Source: Patescibacteria group bacterium (GTDB taxonomy: Bacteria; Patescibacteriota; Microgenomatia; Levybacterales; UBA12049). Taken from it: a stretch of 64,000 bases of DNA. Under the pieces are notes generated by a model. It saw nothing but the letters and a program-made list of their open reading frames with translations. It did not search any database and was not told the DNA's origin. The DNA is taken from NCBI GenBank assembly GCA_041743715.1, contig JBGTMH010000004.1, positions 1,097 through 65,096 on the forward strand, given 5' to 3'. This document shows positions 8,782 to 17,764 of this stretch, one piece after another. The position numbers and the translations under genes were made by a program. Each line of letters opens with the position of its first letter. Within the stretch, counting starts at the first letter, position 1.

Positions 8782-9153
8782 ATGCCCAGAACAAGAGCCA
8801 TGGCAAGAGAAAAGCAAACCCTACAAGAGCAACTGCTTAAGGATATTACCGCATTTCTGGTAAAAGCGAAAATTCCTTATATGGTTACTGGGTCTCTCAG
8901 TGTTATCCTGTATGGCAGACCGCGTGCATCACACGATATTGATTTTCTTATTGAGGCAAAGCAGGAGGATATCATTAAGTTAGTTTGGTATAAAGAATCC
9001 AAGAGCGAAAAGCATTTCATCGATGCAGCCTTTGTATATCAAATACAAAAAGACAATCTTGATGAAAAATATTTACGCGAGTGGTCGAAGCAGCAGGGAA
9101 CGACAAAACTATTAAAAGAAATTGGGATAATTGATCTTGAAGAATATTATTAA
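8782..9153 (+). CDS. Nucleotidyltransferase-fold protein, possibly frameshifted or truncated
   Basis: YMVTGSLSVILYGRPRASHDIDFLIE carries the GS...DxD minimal NTase motif. A 54-codon ORF (8676-8840, another frame) abuts it, suggesting a disrupted longer gene. Confidence 0.5.
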   Translation: MPRTRAMAREKQTLQEQLLKDITAFLVKAKIPYMVTGSLSVILYGRPRASHDIDFLIEAKQEDIIKLVWYKESKSEKHFIDAAFVYQIQKDNLDEKYLREWSKQQGTTKLLKEIGIIDLEEYY

Positions 9154-9735
9154 ATGAGCACCATTTATCAAATAAAAGCTACTATAAAAGGAAGTAAGCC
9201 GCCAATTTGGCGAAGATTTCTCGTTTCAGATAATGTTTCTTTACATACATTACATGAAATCTTACAAGTTTTATTCCAGTGGGAAGATTATCATTTGCAC
9301 AGATTTGAACATAATAAAAAAGAATATGGTATTCCTGATCCGGAAGATATTGATTTTGGGATAGTAGTTATCGATGAAAGAAAAATATTGTTGTCAGAAG
9401 TCCTGAAGAAAGAAGGAGAAAGACTTGATTATTGGTACGACTTTGGGGACAATTGGCATCAAGATGTTGTTATTGAAAAAATCACACCAAACCATGCTTC
9501 CTTGAATCATCCTATCTGTATTGCTGGCAAACGAGCAGCTCCTCCCGAAGATGTTGGGGGCGTTTTTGGATACGAATATTTTCTCGAAACGATCAATGAT
9601 CCGGAGCATATGGAGCATGAAGAGAAATTAGAATGGATTGGAGGAGAATTCGATCCTGAGGCGTTTGATATTGATGCCGTAAATGAAGAGCTTGAACAAA
9701 TTAAATTTGAAGCAAAAGAAAAGGTGCAAAGCTGA
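9154..9735 (+). CDS. pRiA4b ORF-3-like (PF07929-type) protein
   Basis: YQIKATIKGSKPPIWRRFLVSDNVSLHTLHEILQVLFQWEDYHLHRF is the family N-terminal signature. The start abuts the stop of the previous gene (TAAATG). Confidence 0.75.
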   Translation: MSTIYQIKATIKGSKPPIWRRFLVSDNVSLHTLHEILQVLFQWEDYHLHRFEHNKKEYGIPDPEDIDFGIVVIDERKILLSEVLKKEGERLDYWYDFGDNWHQDVVIEKITPNHASLNHPICIAGKRAAPPEDVGGVFGYEYFLETINDPEHMEHEEKLEWIGGEFDPEAFDIDAVNEELEQIKFEAKEKVQS

Positions 9736-9750
9736 ACTACCCGGAGGGTG
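9713..9750 (+). repeat. 37-bp direct repeat, copy 2 (partner at 5604-5640); includes the last codons of the pRiA4b-ORF3-like gene
   Basis: See copy 1. Copy 1 also reads ...RVQS* in one frame versus ...KVQS* here. Confidence 0.6.
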
Positions 9751-9886
9751 ACGATCAGTAGCGGGTAAGAAGGGTGGCAATCATTGTATTAAAACGCTTA
9801 AAATAACGCTATATATTCGCTAGAGAAGCAATATAATAGGTTCTGATATTTTTTTAAGGCGAAGCTCAGAAATTGCCTCAATTTTC

Positions 9887-9895
9887 TGATACAAT
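9887..9895 (+). promoter_or_regulatory. Extended -10 box TGaTACAAT, 6 nt upstream of ATG 9902
   Basis: tgatacaat, spacer acttat, then ATG; no SD. Confidence 0.4.
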
Positions 9896-9901
9896 ACTTA
9901 T

Positions 9902-10384
9902 ATGCAAATAAGGAAAGCTATTCCCTCTGATGAAAAAGAGCTCATGAGACTAATAAAGGCTTTTGAAACTGCCGATGAGTTTCTTTCAGAAGAACAACAT
10001 AAGATTAGAGTATATAAGGATTTAGATTCCATGACTCAAGAAACCGCAGGAAAGTATCTATCAGATCCAGCATATATTATATTTGTTGCAGAAGAAAATG
10101 GCGTACTCATAGGGTGTGTTTGTGTAGAAATAAGAGAAAAGAAGTACAGACTGTATAGCAAAGAAGGGTATATAACAGGTTGGTATGTGGAAGATGCGTA
10201 TAAGGGTAAAGGGATTGGAAAAGAATTATTTACTAATCTTGTCGAAGCTCTTAAAAAAGCAGGTTGCACTCATCTTGCACTGGATACGCATGTGGAAAAT
10301 GAGAAAGCAGTAGCAATTTACGAACATATGGGATTTACGAAAAGACTGTATAATTTTTATAAACCGTTGCAAGATCTATCATAG
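9902..10384 (+). CDS. GNAT family N-acetyltransferase
   Basis: YVEDAYKGKGIGKELF...AIYEHMGF. Confidence 0.8.
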   Translation: MQIRKAIPSDEKELMRLIKAFETADEFLSEEQHKIRVYKDLDSMTQETAGKYLSDPAYIIFVAEENGVLIGCVCVEIREKKYRLYSKEGYITGWYVEDAYKGKGIGKELFTNLVEALKKAGCTHLALDTHVENEKAVAIYEHMGFTKRLYNFYKPLQDLS

Positions 10385-10480
10385 GTTAGTTCTAACCTCC
10401 ATCCCTTCTTCGGAGCCAGTTGTCTTACGCATGAATTTTGTATTAATCTACCATAACCCTCAACGGGACATCGAGCGTAG

Positions 10481-10489
10481 TGTTATAAT
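10481..10489 (+). promoter_or_regulatory. Extended -10 box TGtTATAAT, 6 nt upstream of ATG 10496
   Basis: tgttataat, spacer ttcccc, then ATG; no SD. Confidence 0.45.
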
Positions 10490-10495
10490 TTCCCC

Positions 10496-10894
10496 ATGAA
10501 GAAAATTTTATTCTCAAACAAAATATACACCGCGCAATCAAAAATACCGAAGGCAGGTAGAGGGGTTTTTGCAGATGCTGATATAAAAATAGGGGAGGTT
10601 ATTGAAAGGTGTCCTATTATTGAAATCCCACAAGATGATTTAGCGAGCTTGGGTGAAAGTATTCTTGTGACGTATTTTTATTTTTTTGGCAAAAAGAAAG
10701 AACGATTATTGGTTGCTTTAGGTTTTGGATCACTCTACAACCACCAGTATGTTCCTAACGCCACGTATAAAATAAAACCGAAAAAAAAGATAATTGAATT
10801 TATTTCTCTCAAGAACATTAAAAAAGATGAGGAAATTACCGTAAATTACAACCAGGGAGATCGTAAGAACGCGCCATTATGGTTTGAAGAGTAA
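10496..10894 (+). CDS. SET domain protein (putative protein-lysine methyltransferase)
   Basis: GRGVFA...GSLYNHQYVPNA...EEITVNY: the core SET motifs in a 132-aa protein. Confidence 0.75.
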   Translation: MKKILFSNKIYTAQSKIPKAGRGVFADADIKIGEVIERCPIIEIPQDDLASLGESILVTYFYFFGKKKERLLVALGFGSLYNHQYVPNATYKIKPKKKIIEFISLKNIKKDEEITVNYNQGDRKNAPLWFEE

Positions 10895-10896
10895 TA

Positions 10897-10905
10897 TGGT
10901 AAAAT
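10897..10905 (+). promoter_or_regulatory. Extended -10 box TGgTAAAAT, 6 nt upstream of ATG 10912
   Basis: tggtaaaat, spacer gctctc, then ATG. Confidence 0.4.
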
Positions 10906-10911
10906 GCTCTC

Positions 10912-11334
10912 ATGGCAGAATTAAAAACGAAAGCAACGAGTCAAAGTGTTACGGAATTTCTGAATACAATCACACCTGTGGAAAAACGTGAAGACGGTTT
11001 TGCACTTCTTGAAATGTTTCAGAAGATTACAGGAGAAAAAGCTGTGCTGTGGGGATCAAGCATTGTCGGGTTTGGAATGTACCATTACAAATCAGAAAGA
11101 AGTAAACAGGAAGGAGATTGGCTATTAACAGGATTTTCTCCACGGAAACAAAACCTAACTCTGTATATTATGGCAGGTAATAAAGATAATCATGAACTGC
11201 TGGAAAAATTGGGTAAACACAAGACAAGCGGTGGGTGTCTATATATCAACAAGCTTGCTGATGTAGACCAAACGGTACTTGCGGCACTCATCGAAAAATC
11301 GTTTCACTATATGAAGGAGACGAACAATAATTAG
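10912..11334 (+). CDS. DUF1801 (YdhG-like) domain protein
   Basis: 140 aa; SVTEFLNTI...ALLEMF...WGSSIVGFG pattern typical of DUF1801. Confidence 0.65.
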   Translation: MAELKTKATSQSVTEFLNTITPVEKREDGFALLEMFQKITGEKAVLWGSSIVGFGMYHYKSERSKQEGDWLLTGFSPRKQNLTLYIMAGNKDNHELLEKLGKHKTSGGCLYINKLADVDQTVLAALIEKSFHYMKETNNN

Positions 11335-11380
11335 TCATCTAGCATTGGCATTCTGCTGAATGTATACTTCTGGGTTCTTT

Positions 11381-11389
11381 TGTTATAAT
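11381..11389 (+). promoter_or_regulatory. Extended -10 box TGtTATAAT, 7 nt upstream of GTG 11397
   Basis: tgttataat, spacer ctctaca, then GTG. Confidence 0.4.
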
Positions 11390-11396
11390 CTCTACA

Positions 11397-11951
11397 GTGG
11401 ATACACAAAAAATTACTTATATTGCCCTACTGCGTGGTATTAATGTTGGGGGAAATAATATTATCAAGATGATTGATTTGAAAGCCTGTTTTGAGAATAT
11501 GGGCTTTACTGACGTTATGACGTATATTCAAAGTGGCAATGTGATATTTACGGTTGCTGATCGTGACCAGGAAAAACTGACGAATATAATTGAAAAAGCC
11601 CTCTCAAAAAAATTCAACAATAAAATCCGTGTCGTGGTCGTGTCATATACGCAGCTTAAAGAAGCGGTTGAGCATGCTCCCCGCGGATTTGGGCACGATC
11701 CAGCGACGTATCGATATGATGTTATCTTTCTAAAAAAACCACTTACTGCAAGCGAGGCAATAGAAAGCGTCAGTATTAAGCAAGGGGTCGATCAAGTATA
11801 TGCTGGACGCGAGGTTCTTTATTTTTCCAGACTTATTGAAAAAGCTACTCAGAGCAGATTGTCCAAAGTTATTACATTGCCGATCTATCAAAATATGACC
11901 ATACGCAATTGGAACACGACAACGAAGTTGCTTGCAAGAACTACAGAGTAA
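11397..11951 (+). CDS. DUF1697 family protein
   Basis: YIALLRGINVGGNNIIKMIDLKACFENMGFTDVMTYIQSGNVIF is the DUF1697 signature. Confidence 0.8.
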   Translation: MDTQKITYIALLRGINVGGNNIIKMIDLKACFENMGFTDVMTYIQSGNVIFTVADRDQEKLTNIIEKALSKKFNNKIRVVVVSYTQLKEAVEHAPRGFGHDPATYRYDVIFLKKPLTASEAIESVSIKQGVDQVYAGREVLYFSRLIEKATQSRLSKVITLPIYQNMTIRNWNTTTKLLARTTE

Positions 11952-12030
11952 CCATATATTTTATTACACAATTATATTAATTATTTTTTTATACTAGTAC
12001 ATTATGCATTAAGAGAGGAGGTGAGAAACT

Positions 12031-12411
12031 ATGAAAAAATTAACCGTAGGAGTGATAAGTACGTTACTGTTGTTGACAGCAAGCACAACTGCATTGGCCG
12101 CACCAAATAATGCAAATAAAGCGGAGAATAATCCTAATGTTGTAGCCTATTATGAAGTAGGACTTCATGCTATTCCCACTAATCCAGTTACGTATGTAAC
12201 TGGTACGAATTTAGTGACGAAACGAGGCAACAGTGGTCAGATTCAAGCTTGGTACACAGGAGCTGATGGTCATGGGTATCACAGTGTCTGGAATGTTTCC
12301 AAGAAAGGATCTTGTAATAACGACCAGGTGTTCATTGAAGATGCTTCTCTCTCATGGGGAGATTATTTAACCCCTGGCGCAGATTATTGCGTTAAGGTTA
12401 ACGCATTCTAA
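12031..12411 (+). CDS. secreted protein, unknown function
   Basis: Signal peptide MKKLTVGVISTLLLLTASTTALA with a strong SD gaggaggtg. Confidence 0.6.
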   Translation: MKKLTVGVISTLLLLTASTTALAAPNNANKAENNPNVVAYYEVGLHAIPTNPVTYVTGTNLVTKRGNSGQIQAWYTGADGHGYHSVWNVSKKGSCNNDQVFIEDASLSWGDYLTPGADYCVKVNAF

Positions 12412-12491
12412 TAGTACAAGTCTTATTATTGACATAGGGGCCATGACACAATAGTCATGGCTCCTAACACATTCATTAATTCTCGAATTTT

Positions 12492-12500
12492 TGCTATACT
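12492..12500 (+). promoter_or_regulatory. Extended -10 box TGcTATACT, 6 nt upstream of ATG 12507
   Basis: tgctatact, spacer ttcctt, then ATG. Confidence 0.45.
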
Positions 12501-12506
12501 TTCCTT

Positions 12507-12908
12507 ATGAAATCTTTCATCGACAAGCTCGCATTCATCTGTCTCAAAGACCGACAGATTCTTATGACTTTGAGTAAAGGGAAAGATACTTATTATATTC
12601 CTGGAGGGAAGAGAGAAGGGGAGGAAACGGACGAGGAAGCATTGAGTCGGGAAGTTTTTGAAGAGCTAACGGTTAAAATTATTCCAGAAACAATCAAACA
12701 CTACGGTACATTTGAAGCGCAAGCTCATGGGAAGCCAGCCGGTACGATCGTTCGTATGACGTGTTATGAAGCTGAGTTTACTGGTACGTTGCAGCCGAGT
12801 AGTGAGATTCAAGATATTGCATATTATACTTTTGCTCAGCGAGACATTGTGGGGCCTGTTGATCAAATTATTTTCGATGACCTCAAACAAAAAGACTTCA
12901 TTGACTAA
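12507..12908 (+). CDS. NUDIX hydrolase
   Basis: Nudix box GGKREGEETDEEALSREVFEEL. Confidence 0.8.
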   Translation: MKSFIDKLAFICLKDRQILMTLSKGKDTYYIPGGKREGEETDEEALSREVFEELTVKIIPETIKHYGTFEAQAHGKPAGTIVRMTCYEAEFTGTLQPSSEIQDIAYYTFAQRDIVGPVDQIIFDDLKQKDFID

Positions 12909-12959
12909 AGAAAAACCACAGCAATTGACAATGCAACGAGCTCCCGATACGATACACTT

Positions 12960-13250
12960 ATGCTCGCGAAAATAATCGCCATTGTAGGAGTAGTCATCTA
13001 TATACGATTATTATTTCTCTCAATTACCTACTTATCTCCCACAAACCTTATGCCTCAAATAGACATAGCAATCTTCCGTTTGTCATTTCTCGCGGGTATT
13101 ATAGGCAATTTTTTTTATTGGTTCTATTTACGAAAACACAAGGTTGGCAGAAATACGTGGAGAGATAGTGGTCTTGGTTTCGTATTCATATTTGCGTCTG
13201 TTCTTCTTCAGTTTCTGCTTCTTTTTTTTGTTGCGGTCTTAAGCAACTAG
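12960..13250 (+). CDS. small membrane protein
   Basis: 96 aa with 3 hydrophobic helices. Confidence 0.4.
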   Translation: MLAKIIAIVGVVIYIRLLFLSITYLSPTNLMPQIDIAIFRLSFLAGIIGNFFYWFYLRKHKVGRNTWRDSGLGFVFIFASVLLQFLLLFFVAVLSN

Positions 13251-13295
13251 CTTTCTGACATTGACATTAATCTTAATATTTAGTAAGTTACTAGT

Positions 13296-13682
13296 ATGCA
13301 AATGAAGTTGGAATTGGTTCCCGTTCCTGTAACAGATGTTGACCGCGCAAAAGCATTTTACGTCGAAAAACTTGGTTTCAATGCAGACCATGATCAACGG
13401 GTGAATGAAAAGCTCCGTTTTGTTCAACTCACTCCTCCAGGCTCTGCGTGTTCAATTTGTATTGGAGAAGGACTTACCGAAATGGAACCCGGTTCAATGA
13501 AAGGCCTGCAAATGGTTATCGACAGTGCACAAAAAGCCCACGATACACTTAAAGCAAAAGGTGTTGCTGTCAGTGACGTTGATGTGCAGGTATGGGGATC
13601 CTTTGTCTACTTCAGCGATCCGGATGGAAATACCTGGGCTCTCCAAGAACTTCCTGACTACAGCAAAAAGAAAAAGAAATGA
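13296..13682 (+). CDS. VOC (glyoxalase) family protein
   Basis: LVPVPVTDVDRAKAFYVEKLGF...VYFSDPDGNTWALQE. Confidence 0.8.
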   Translation: MQMKLELVPVPVTDVDRAKAFYVEKLGFNADHDQRVNEKLRFVQLTPPGSACSICIGEGLTEMEPGSMKGLQMVIDSAQKAHDTLKAKGVAVSDVDVQVWGSFVYFSDPDGNTWALQELPDYSKKKKK

Positions 13683-14041
13683 ACCCCTCTGAACATATTG
13701 ACAAACAAATCGCAGATCTCGGTGACTGGCGCGGACAAATAATTGCACAGATTCGCACAATTGTCCATGAAGCGGATCCTGATATTGTAGAGGAGTGGAA
13801 ATGGGATACTGCGGTTTGGTCTCATAATGGACTTGTTTGTGCTGCTGGTACATTCAAAGACCACGTGAAGGTTAATTTTTTTCAAGGTGCTCTTCTGAAA
13901 GATCCACATAAGCTTTTCAATGCCGGCCTTGATGCTAAAAAAACGCGGGCGATAGATTTCCAAGAGGGAGATGTAATTAATGAATCTGCCTTGAAAGATC
14001 TCATTCGTGCTGCAGTGGCTCACAATGTTACCGTTCGCTAA
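13679..14041 (+). CDS. DUF1801 (YdhG-like) domain protein
   Basis: 4-bp overlap with the upstream VOC gene; WKWDTAVWSHNGLVCAAGTFKDHVKVNFFQGA pattern. Confidence 0.65.
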   Translation: MNPSEHIDKQIADLGDWRGQIIAQIRTIVHEADPDIVEEWKWDTAVWSHNGLVCAAGTFKDHVKVNFFQGALLKDPHKLFNAGLDAKKTRAIDFQEGDVINESALKDLIRAAVAHNVTVR

Positions 14042-14209
14042 TCCAGTAGGCAGCGGCATGAGCTTTACATTTACCACTTTCCATGTGACTTGGATTACAT
14101 TCTCATTGAGTATAGATACGTGTTAAAGCTTTTGTACATTATACATATTACGTTTAAATTGCCACTTGCAACCAGTTAATAATGGTGGTATAGTTAACTA
14201 AATTAATTA

Positions 14210-14229
14210 TTAACTCATTGAAGAGTTAA
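14210..14229 (+). promoter_or_regulatory. Palindromic candidate operator upstream of the DUF4331 operon
   Basis: TTAACTC-attgaa-GAGTTAA. Further AGTTAA half-sites occur at ~14174 and ~14192. Confidence 0.25.
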
Positions 14230-14250
14230 TAGAAAAATAATTCATATTCT

Positions 14251-15669
14251 ATGGTAAAAAAACTTTTAATCCTATCTGTTCTCTTTCTCCCTCTGCTTAC
14301 CATTATTGCGATTCCTGCTTTTTCCTCTAGTCATAGAGAAGCGCCAAATATTTCTGCTGATCCAAAAGCAGACGCGACTGATGTCTATGCATTCGTAAGT
14401 CCTGATAGCCCTAATACGGTAACACTCATTGCTAATTATTTCCCATTTCAGGAACCTGCTGGGGGACCAAATTTTTATTCATTTGATGACAATGCGCTTT
14501 ATGAGATAAAAATAGACAATGACGGCGACGCAAAGGAAGACATCTCGTATCAATTCAGATTTAAAACCAAAATTCAAAATAAAAATACATTCCTCTATAA
14601 TACCGGTGCAATTACTTCCCTAGCGGACACAGACTGGAATATCCGCCAAACATATTCGCTCACCAGAGTTGATGAAGATCGTCGCGGAAGAGATACAAAA
14701 CTCGGTCAAGATTTACTCACCCCACCATCTAATATCGGACCAAAGTCAACACCAGATTATGCAAATTTACAAGCAGCCGCTGTCAAAGAATTGCCAAATG
14801 GTATTAAAGTTTTTGCCGGTCAAAGCGATGATCCGTTCTTTGTAGACTTAGGGGGTATCTTTGATCTGTTGACTATACGCACTCTCCCTGGTAACGCAGG
14901 CGGAGGAGTTGATGGGTTGCGTGGATATAATGTCCAAACTCTGGCACTACAGATCCCTATTGACCAACTGACAAAGAATAAAACCAAGCCAACTGATCCT
15001 AAAGATGCAGCGGCAGTCATTGGAACTTGGACAACATCTTCAAGAGAATCTATCAGGATTTTACGAGATAATGGGGAAATCAAAAATACAGGTAACTGGG
15101 TTCAGGTATCGAGGCTTGGCGCACCGCTTGTCAACGAAGTAGTTATTCCTCTTGAGAAAAAAGATGTTTGGAATTCCTCAAAGCCTCAAAATGATGGACA
15201 GTTTGCCAATTACGTCACTGATCCTGAACTTGCAAAACTCCTGAATCTTCTCTATGGTATAACCGTTCCGCCACAGGGACCCTTTGGATCCGCAAATCAA
15301 CGTGATGATTTAATTGCTATCTTTTTAACTGGTATACCAAATCTGACAAATTCAGGTGTTACAAAACCGTCTGAGCAGTTGCGACTTAATACTGCCATTG
15401 CATCAAATGCTACACCTCTTAGATTGGGAGTATTAGCAGGGGATAACCAAGGGTATCCAAATGGGAGAAGGCTTGCTGATGATGTCGTAGATATCTCGTT
15501 ACAAGCAGTTGCGGGTGCAGCATATCCATTATTTCACCCAGGATTTACCCCTCATCCATTAGCAACACAGTTGGGAGATGGCGTCGATACGAATGAAAAG
15601 CCTTTTAGAACGAGTTTTCCATACCTTGCTTTGCCGACAAGTGGTTTTGATAGTGTCCCTCATCCGTAA
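14251..15669 (+). CDS. DUF4331 family secreted protein
   Basis: Signal peptide followed by SSHREAPNISADPKADATDVYAFVSPD, the DUF4331 N-terminal signature. Confidence 0.75.
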   Translation: MVKKLLILSVLFLPLLTIIAIPAFSSSHREAPNISADPKADATDVYAFVSPDSPNTVTLIANYFPFQEPAGGPNFYSFDDNALYEIKIDNDGDAKEDISYQFRFKTKIQNKNTFLYNTGAITSLADTDWNIRQTYSLTRVDEDRRGRDTKLGQDLLTPPSNIGPKSTPDYANLQAAAVKELPNGIKVFAGQSDDPFFVDLGGIFDLLTIRTLPGNAGGGVDGLRGYNVQTLALQIPIDQLTKNKTKPTDPKDAAAVIGTWTTSSRESIRILRDNGEIKNTGNWVQVSRLGAPLVNEVVIPLEKKDVWNSSKPQNDGQFANYVTDPELAKLLNLLYGITVPPQGPFGSANQRDDLIAIFLTGIPNLTNSGVTKPSEQLRLNTAIASNATPLRLGVLAGDNQGYPNGRRLADDVVDISLQAVAGAAYPLFHPGFTPHPLATQLGDGVDTNEKPFRTSFPYLALPTSGFDSVPHP

Positions 15670-15677
15670 ATAGTTTC

Positions 15678-16949
15678 GTGAATAAGAAAGTATTGCTCAT
15701 CGTTTTTTTACTCCTCAGTATCGTCGCAGTTTTTGGTTATGAGTTCTGGCAAGAGACGATCAATAGACAAAAACAGGACATCACAACTGTACAAAGCAGC
15801 ACCGATACGCTTATTGCAAATCTCGAACGTAAATTAGCAAACAAAAAAGATGATATAAATCTTTCTCTGTCTTTAGCAAATGCATATTTACAAAAGGTAC
15901 GGGAGACTGCGGATAGTGACTTGTATAAGAAAGTTGATGATCTTTTGGATAGTACAGAGAAAAAAAATCCAGACAATCCCGATATTTTGGCGACCCGCGC
16001 ACAAGTCGCTCTTGGACGGCATGATTTTGTTAAAGCATTAGAACTTGGTCAGCAAGCACAGCTTCAGAATCCTGAAAACGCCGTATATCTTGGAATCATC
16101 ACTGATGCCCATATTGAGTTGGGTAATTATGAGGAGGCTTTAAAATCGCTTCAAAAGATGATGGACATCAAACCTAACTACAGTTCCTTTACCCGCACAG
16201 CATATCTTCGTGAGCTGTATGGGGATAGAGAAGGTGCGCAGGAGGCATTAGAAAAAGCACAAAGCGCAGGTGCACCGTATCCAGAAAATAGTGCTGCCAA
16301 TTTGGTGGAATTGGGCAAACTCTACCTAAGAACTGATGTGAAAAAAGCAGACCAAACATTTAAGCAGGCACTGTCCGTTTACAAAGATTACCCACCTGCT
16401 TTGGAAGGATTGGGAAGCGTTGCTTTTGCGCGAAAAGAATATAAAAAAGCAATTAGCTATTTTGAAAAAGCTTTTCGTATTTTACCAATTGCCAACTATG
16501 CGACACATCTCGGTGATGTTTATACAAAAATTGGAGAAGGGGAGACTGCTAATAAATATTACATCTTAGCCAAAGTAGCTTATGAAAAGGCTGAACAAAG
16601 TGGCGTGAATACAGATTTGGAAGCGGCACTTTTTTTAGCTGACCATGATATAGAACTTGATCAAGCCCTCAAAAAAACACAGGCAGAGTACTTGGTGAGG
16701 CCCGATAATATTTATGTAGCGGACGCGTTAGCATGGACTTTACATAAAAACGGCAGATCAGAAGAGGCGCAAAAATATGTAGCCCTCGCAATGCGTTTGG
16801 GTGAGCATCATCCACTGATTCTTTTTCATGCTGGGGTGATTGCAGGGAAAAACAACAATCCCGAGGAGGCAAAACGGTTGTTTCAGAAAGCACTTAGTTT
16901 GCATCCGCATTTTTCACTACAATATGCGCAGGTTTTATCAGTACTCTAA
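15678..16949 (+). CDS. tetratricopeptide-repeat protein with N-terminal membrane anchor
   Basis: One N-terminal TM helix and multiple TPR-like A..Y......A repeats. Lies 8 nt after the DUF4331 gene. Confidence 0.7.
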   Translation: MNKKVLLIVFLLLSIVAVFGYEFWQETINRQKQDITTVQSSTDTLIANLERKLANKKDDINLSLSLANAYLQKVRETADSDLYKKVDDLLDSTEKKNPDNPDILATRAQVALGRHDFVKALELGQQAQLQNPENAVYLGIITDAHIELGNYEEALKSLQKMMDIKPNYSSFTRTAYLRELYGDREGAQEALEKAQSAGAPYPENSAANLVELGKLYLRTDVKKADQTFKQALSVYKDYPPALEGLGSVAFARKEYKKAISYFEKAFRILPIANYATHLGDVYTKIGEGETANKYYILAKVAYEKAEQSGVNTDLEAALFLADHDIELDQALKKTQAEYLVRPDNIYVADALAWTLHKNGRSEEAQKYVALAMRLGEHHPLILFHAGVIAGKNNNPEEAKRLFQKALSLHPHFSLQYAQVLSVL

Positions 16950-17749
16950 TGAGAAAGAAAATTTCACTTATCTTCCTATTTATCGTCACGACTAGTGTGA
17001 TGACTCCTCTTGTCTCGGCGCATGAACTTATCCCAAAAGAGGCAATCGAATATATCAAAGAACATCCAAATGCAACGGTTGAAGAGATACAGCAGTTTAT
17101 GGAAGAGAAAGCTCCTGGTTATAGCAAGAAATTTAAAGATAAACAGGATGCTGTTGCAGTCATTACCAATCAAGAGTCAAGCTTTTTTGATACAATTAAA
17201 GATTTTTTTGTACTAGGAATAAAACATATCCTTGAGGGGATAGATCATGTTTTATTCCTAGTGGCTTTACTCCTATCGTTTGTTTCTTTAAGAGAAATAA
17301 TCAAACTGACTGGTGCTTTTACTATAGCTCACACCATTACGCTTCTTTTAGCGGGAGCAAGTGTTCTCACAGTAAGCACAAAAATTGTGGAGCCGTTGAT
17401 TGCGTTTTCTATTGCCTATGTCGCGATTACCACAGTATTCTTAAAAAATACACTAGCTTTGGGAAAATCGAAATATAAATTGGCAACTGTTTTTTTCTTT
17501 GGACTGTTTCATGGGTTGGGTTTTGCGGGAATACTCCAGGAGATACAGATTCCAAAAGACAGATTTTTTTCCTCACTCATTTCGTTTAACCTCGGCATCG
17601 AGGTAGGACAAATTGTAATTATCGCTGCTGCTTTTCCAGTTATTTATTTTCTGAGAAAGAAAATATGGTATGGTACTTTTATCAAGGTAGTTGCAGCGAT
17701 TATAAGTATGATAGCTATTTTTTGGGGTTTTGAAAGAATTCTATCGTGA
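16949..17749 (+). CDS. HupE/UreJ-family membrane protein (putative Ni/Co or other metal transporter)
   Basis: GIKHILEGIDHVLFLVALLL motif with multiple TM helices. The start overlaps the TPR gene stop (TAATG). Confidence 0.7.
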   Translation: MRKKISLIFLFIVTTSVMTPLVSAHELIPKEAIEYIKEHPNATVEEIQQFMEEKAPGYSKKFKDKQDAVAVITNQESSFFDTIKDFFVLGIKHILEGIDHVLFLVALLLSFVSLREIIKLTGAFTIAHTITLLLAGASVLTVSTKIVEPLIAFSIAYVAITTVFLKNTLALGKSKYKLATVFFFGLFHGLGFAGILQEIQIPKDRFFSSLISFNLGIEVGQIVIIAAAFPVIYFLRKKIWYGTFIKVVAAIISMIAIFWGFERILS

Positions 17750-17764
17750 CTGAGCTAGTGCGTA

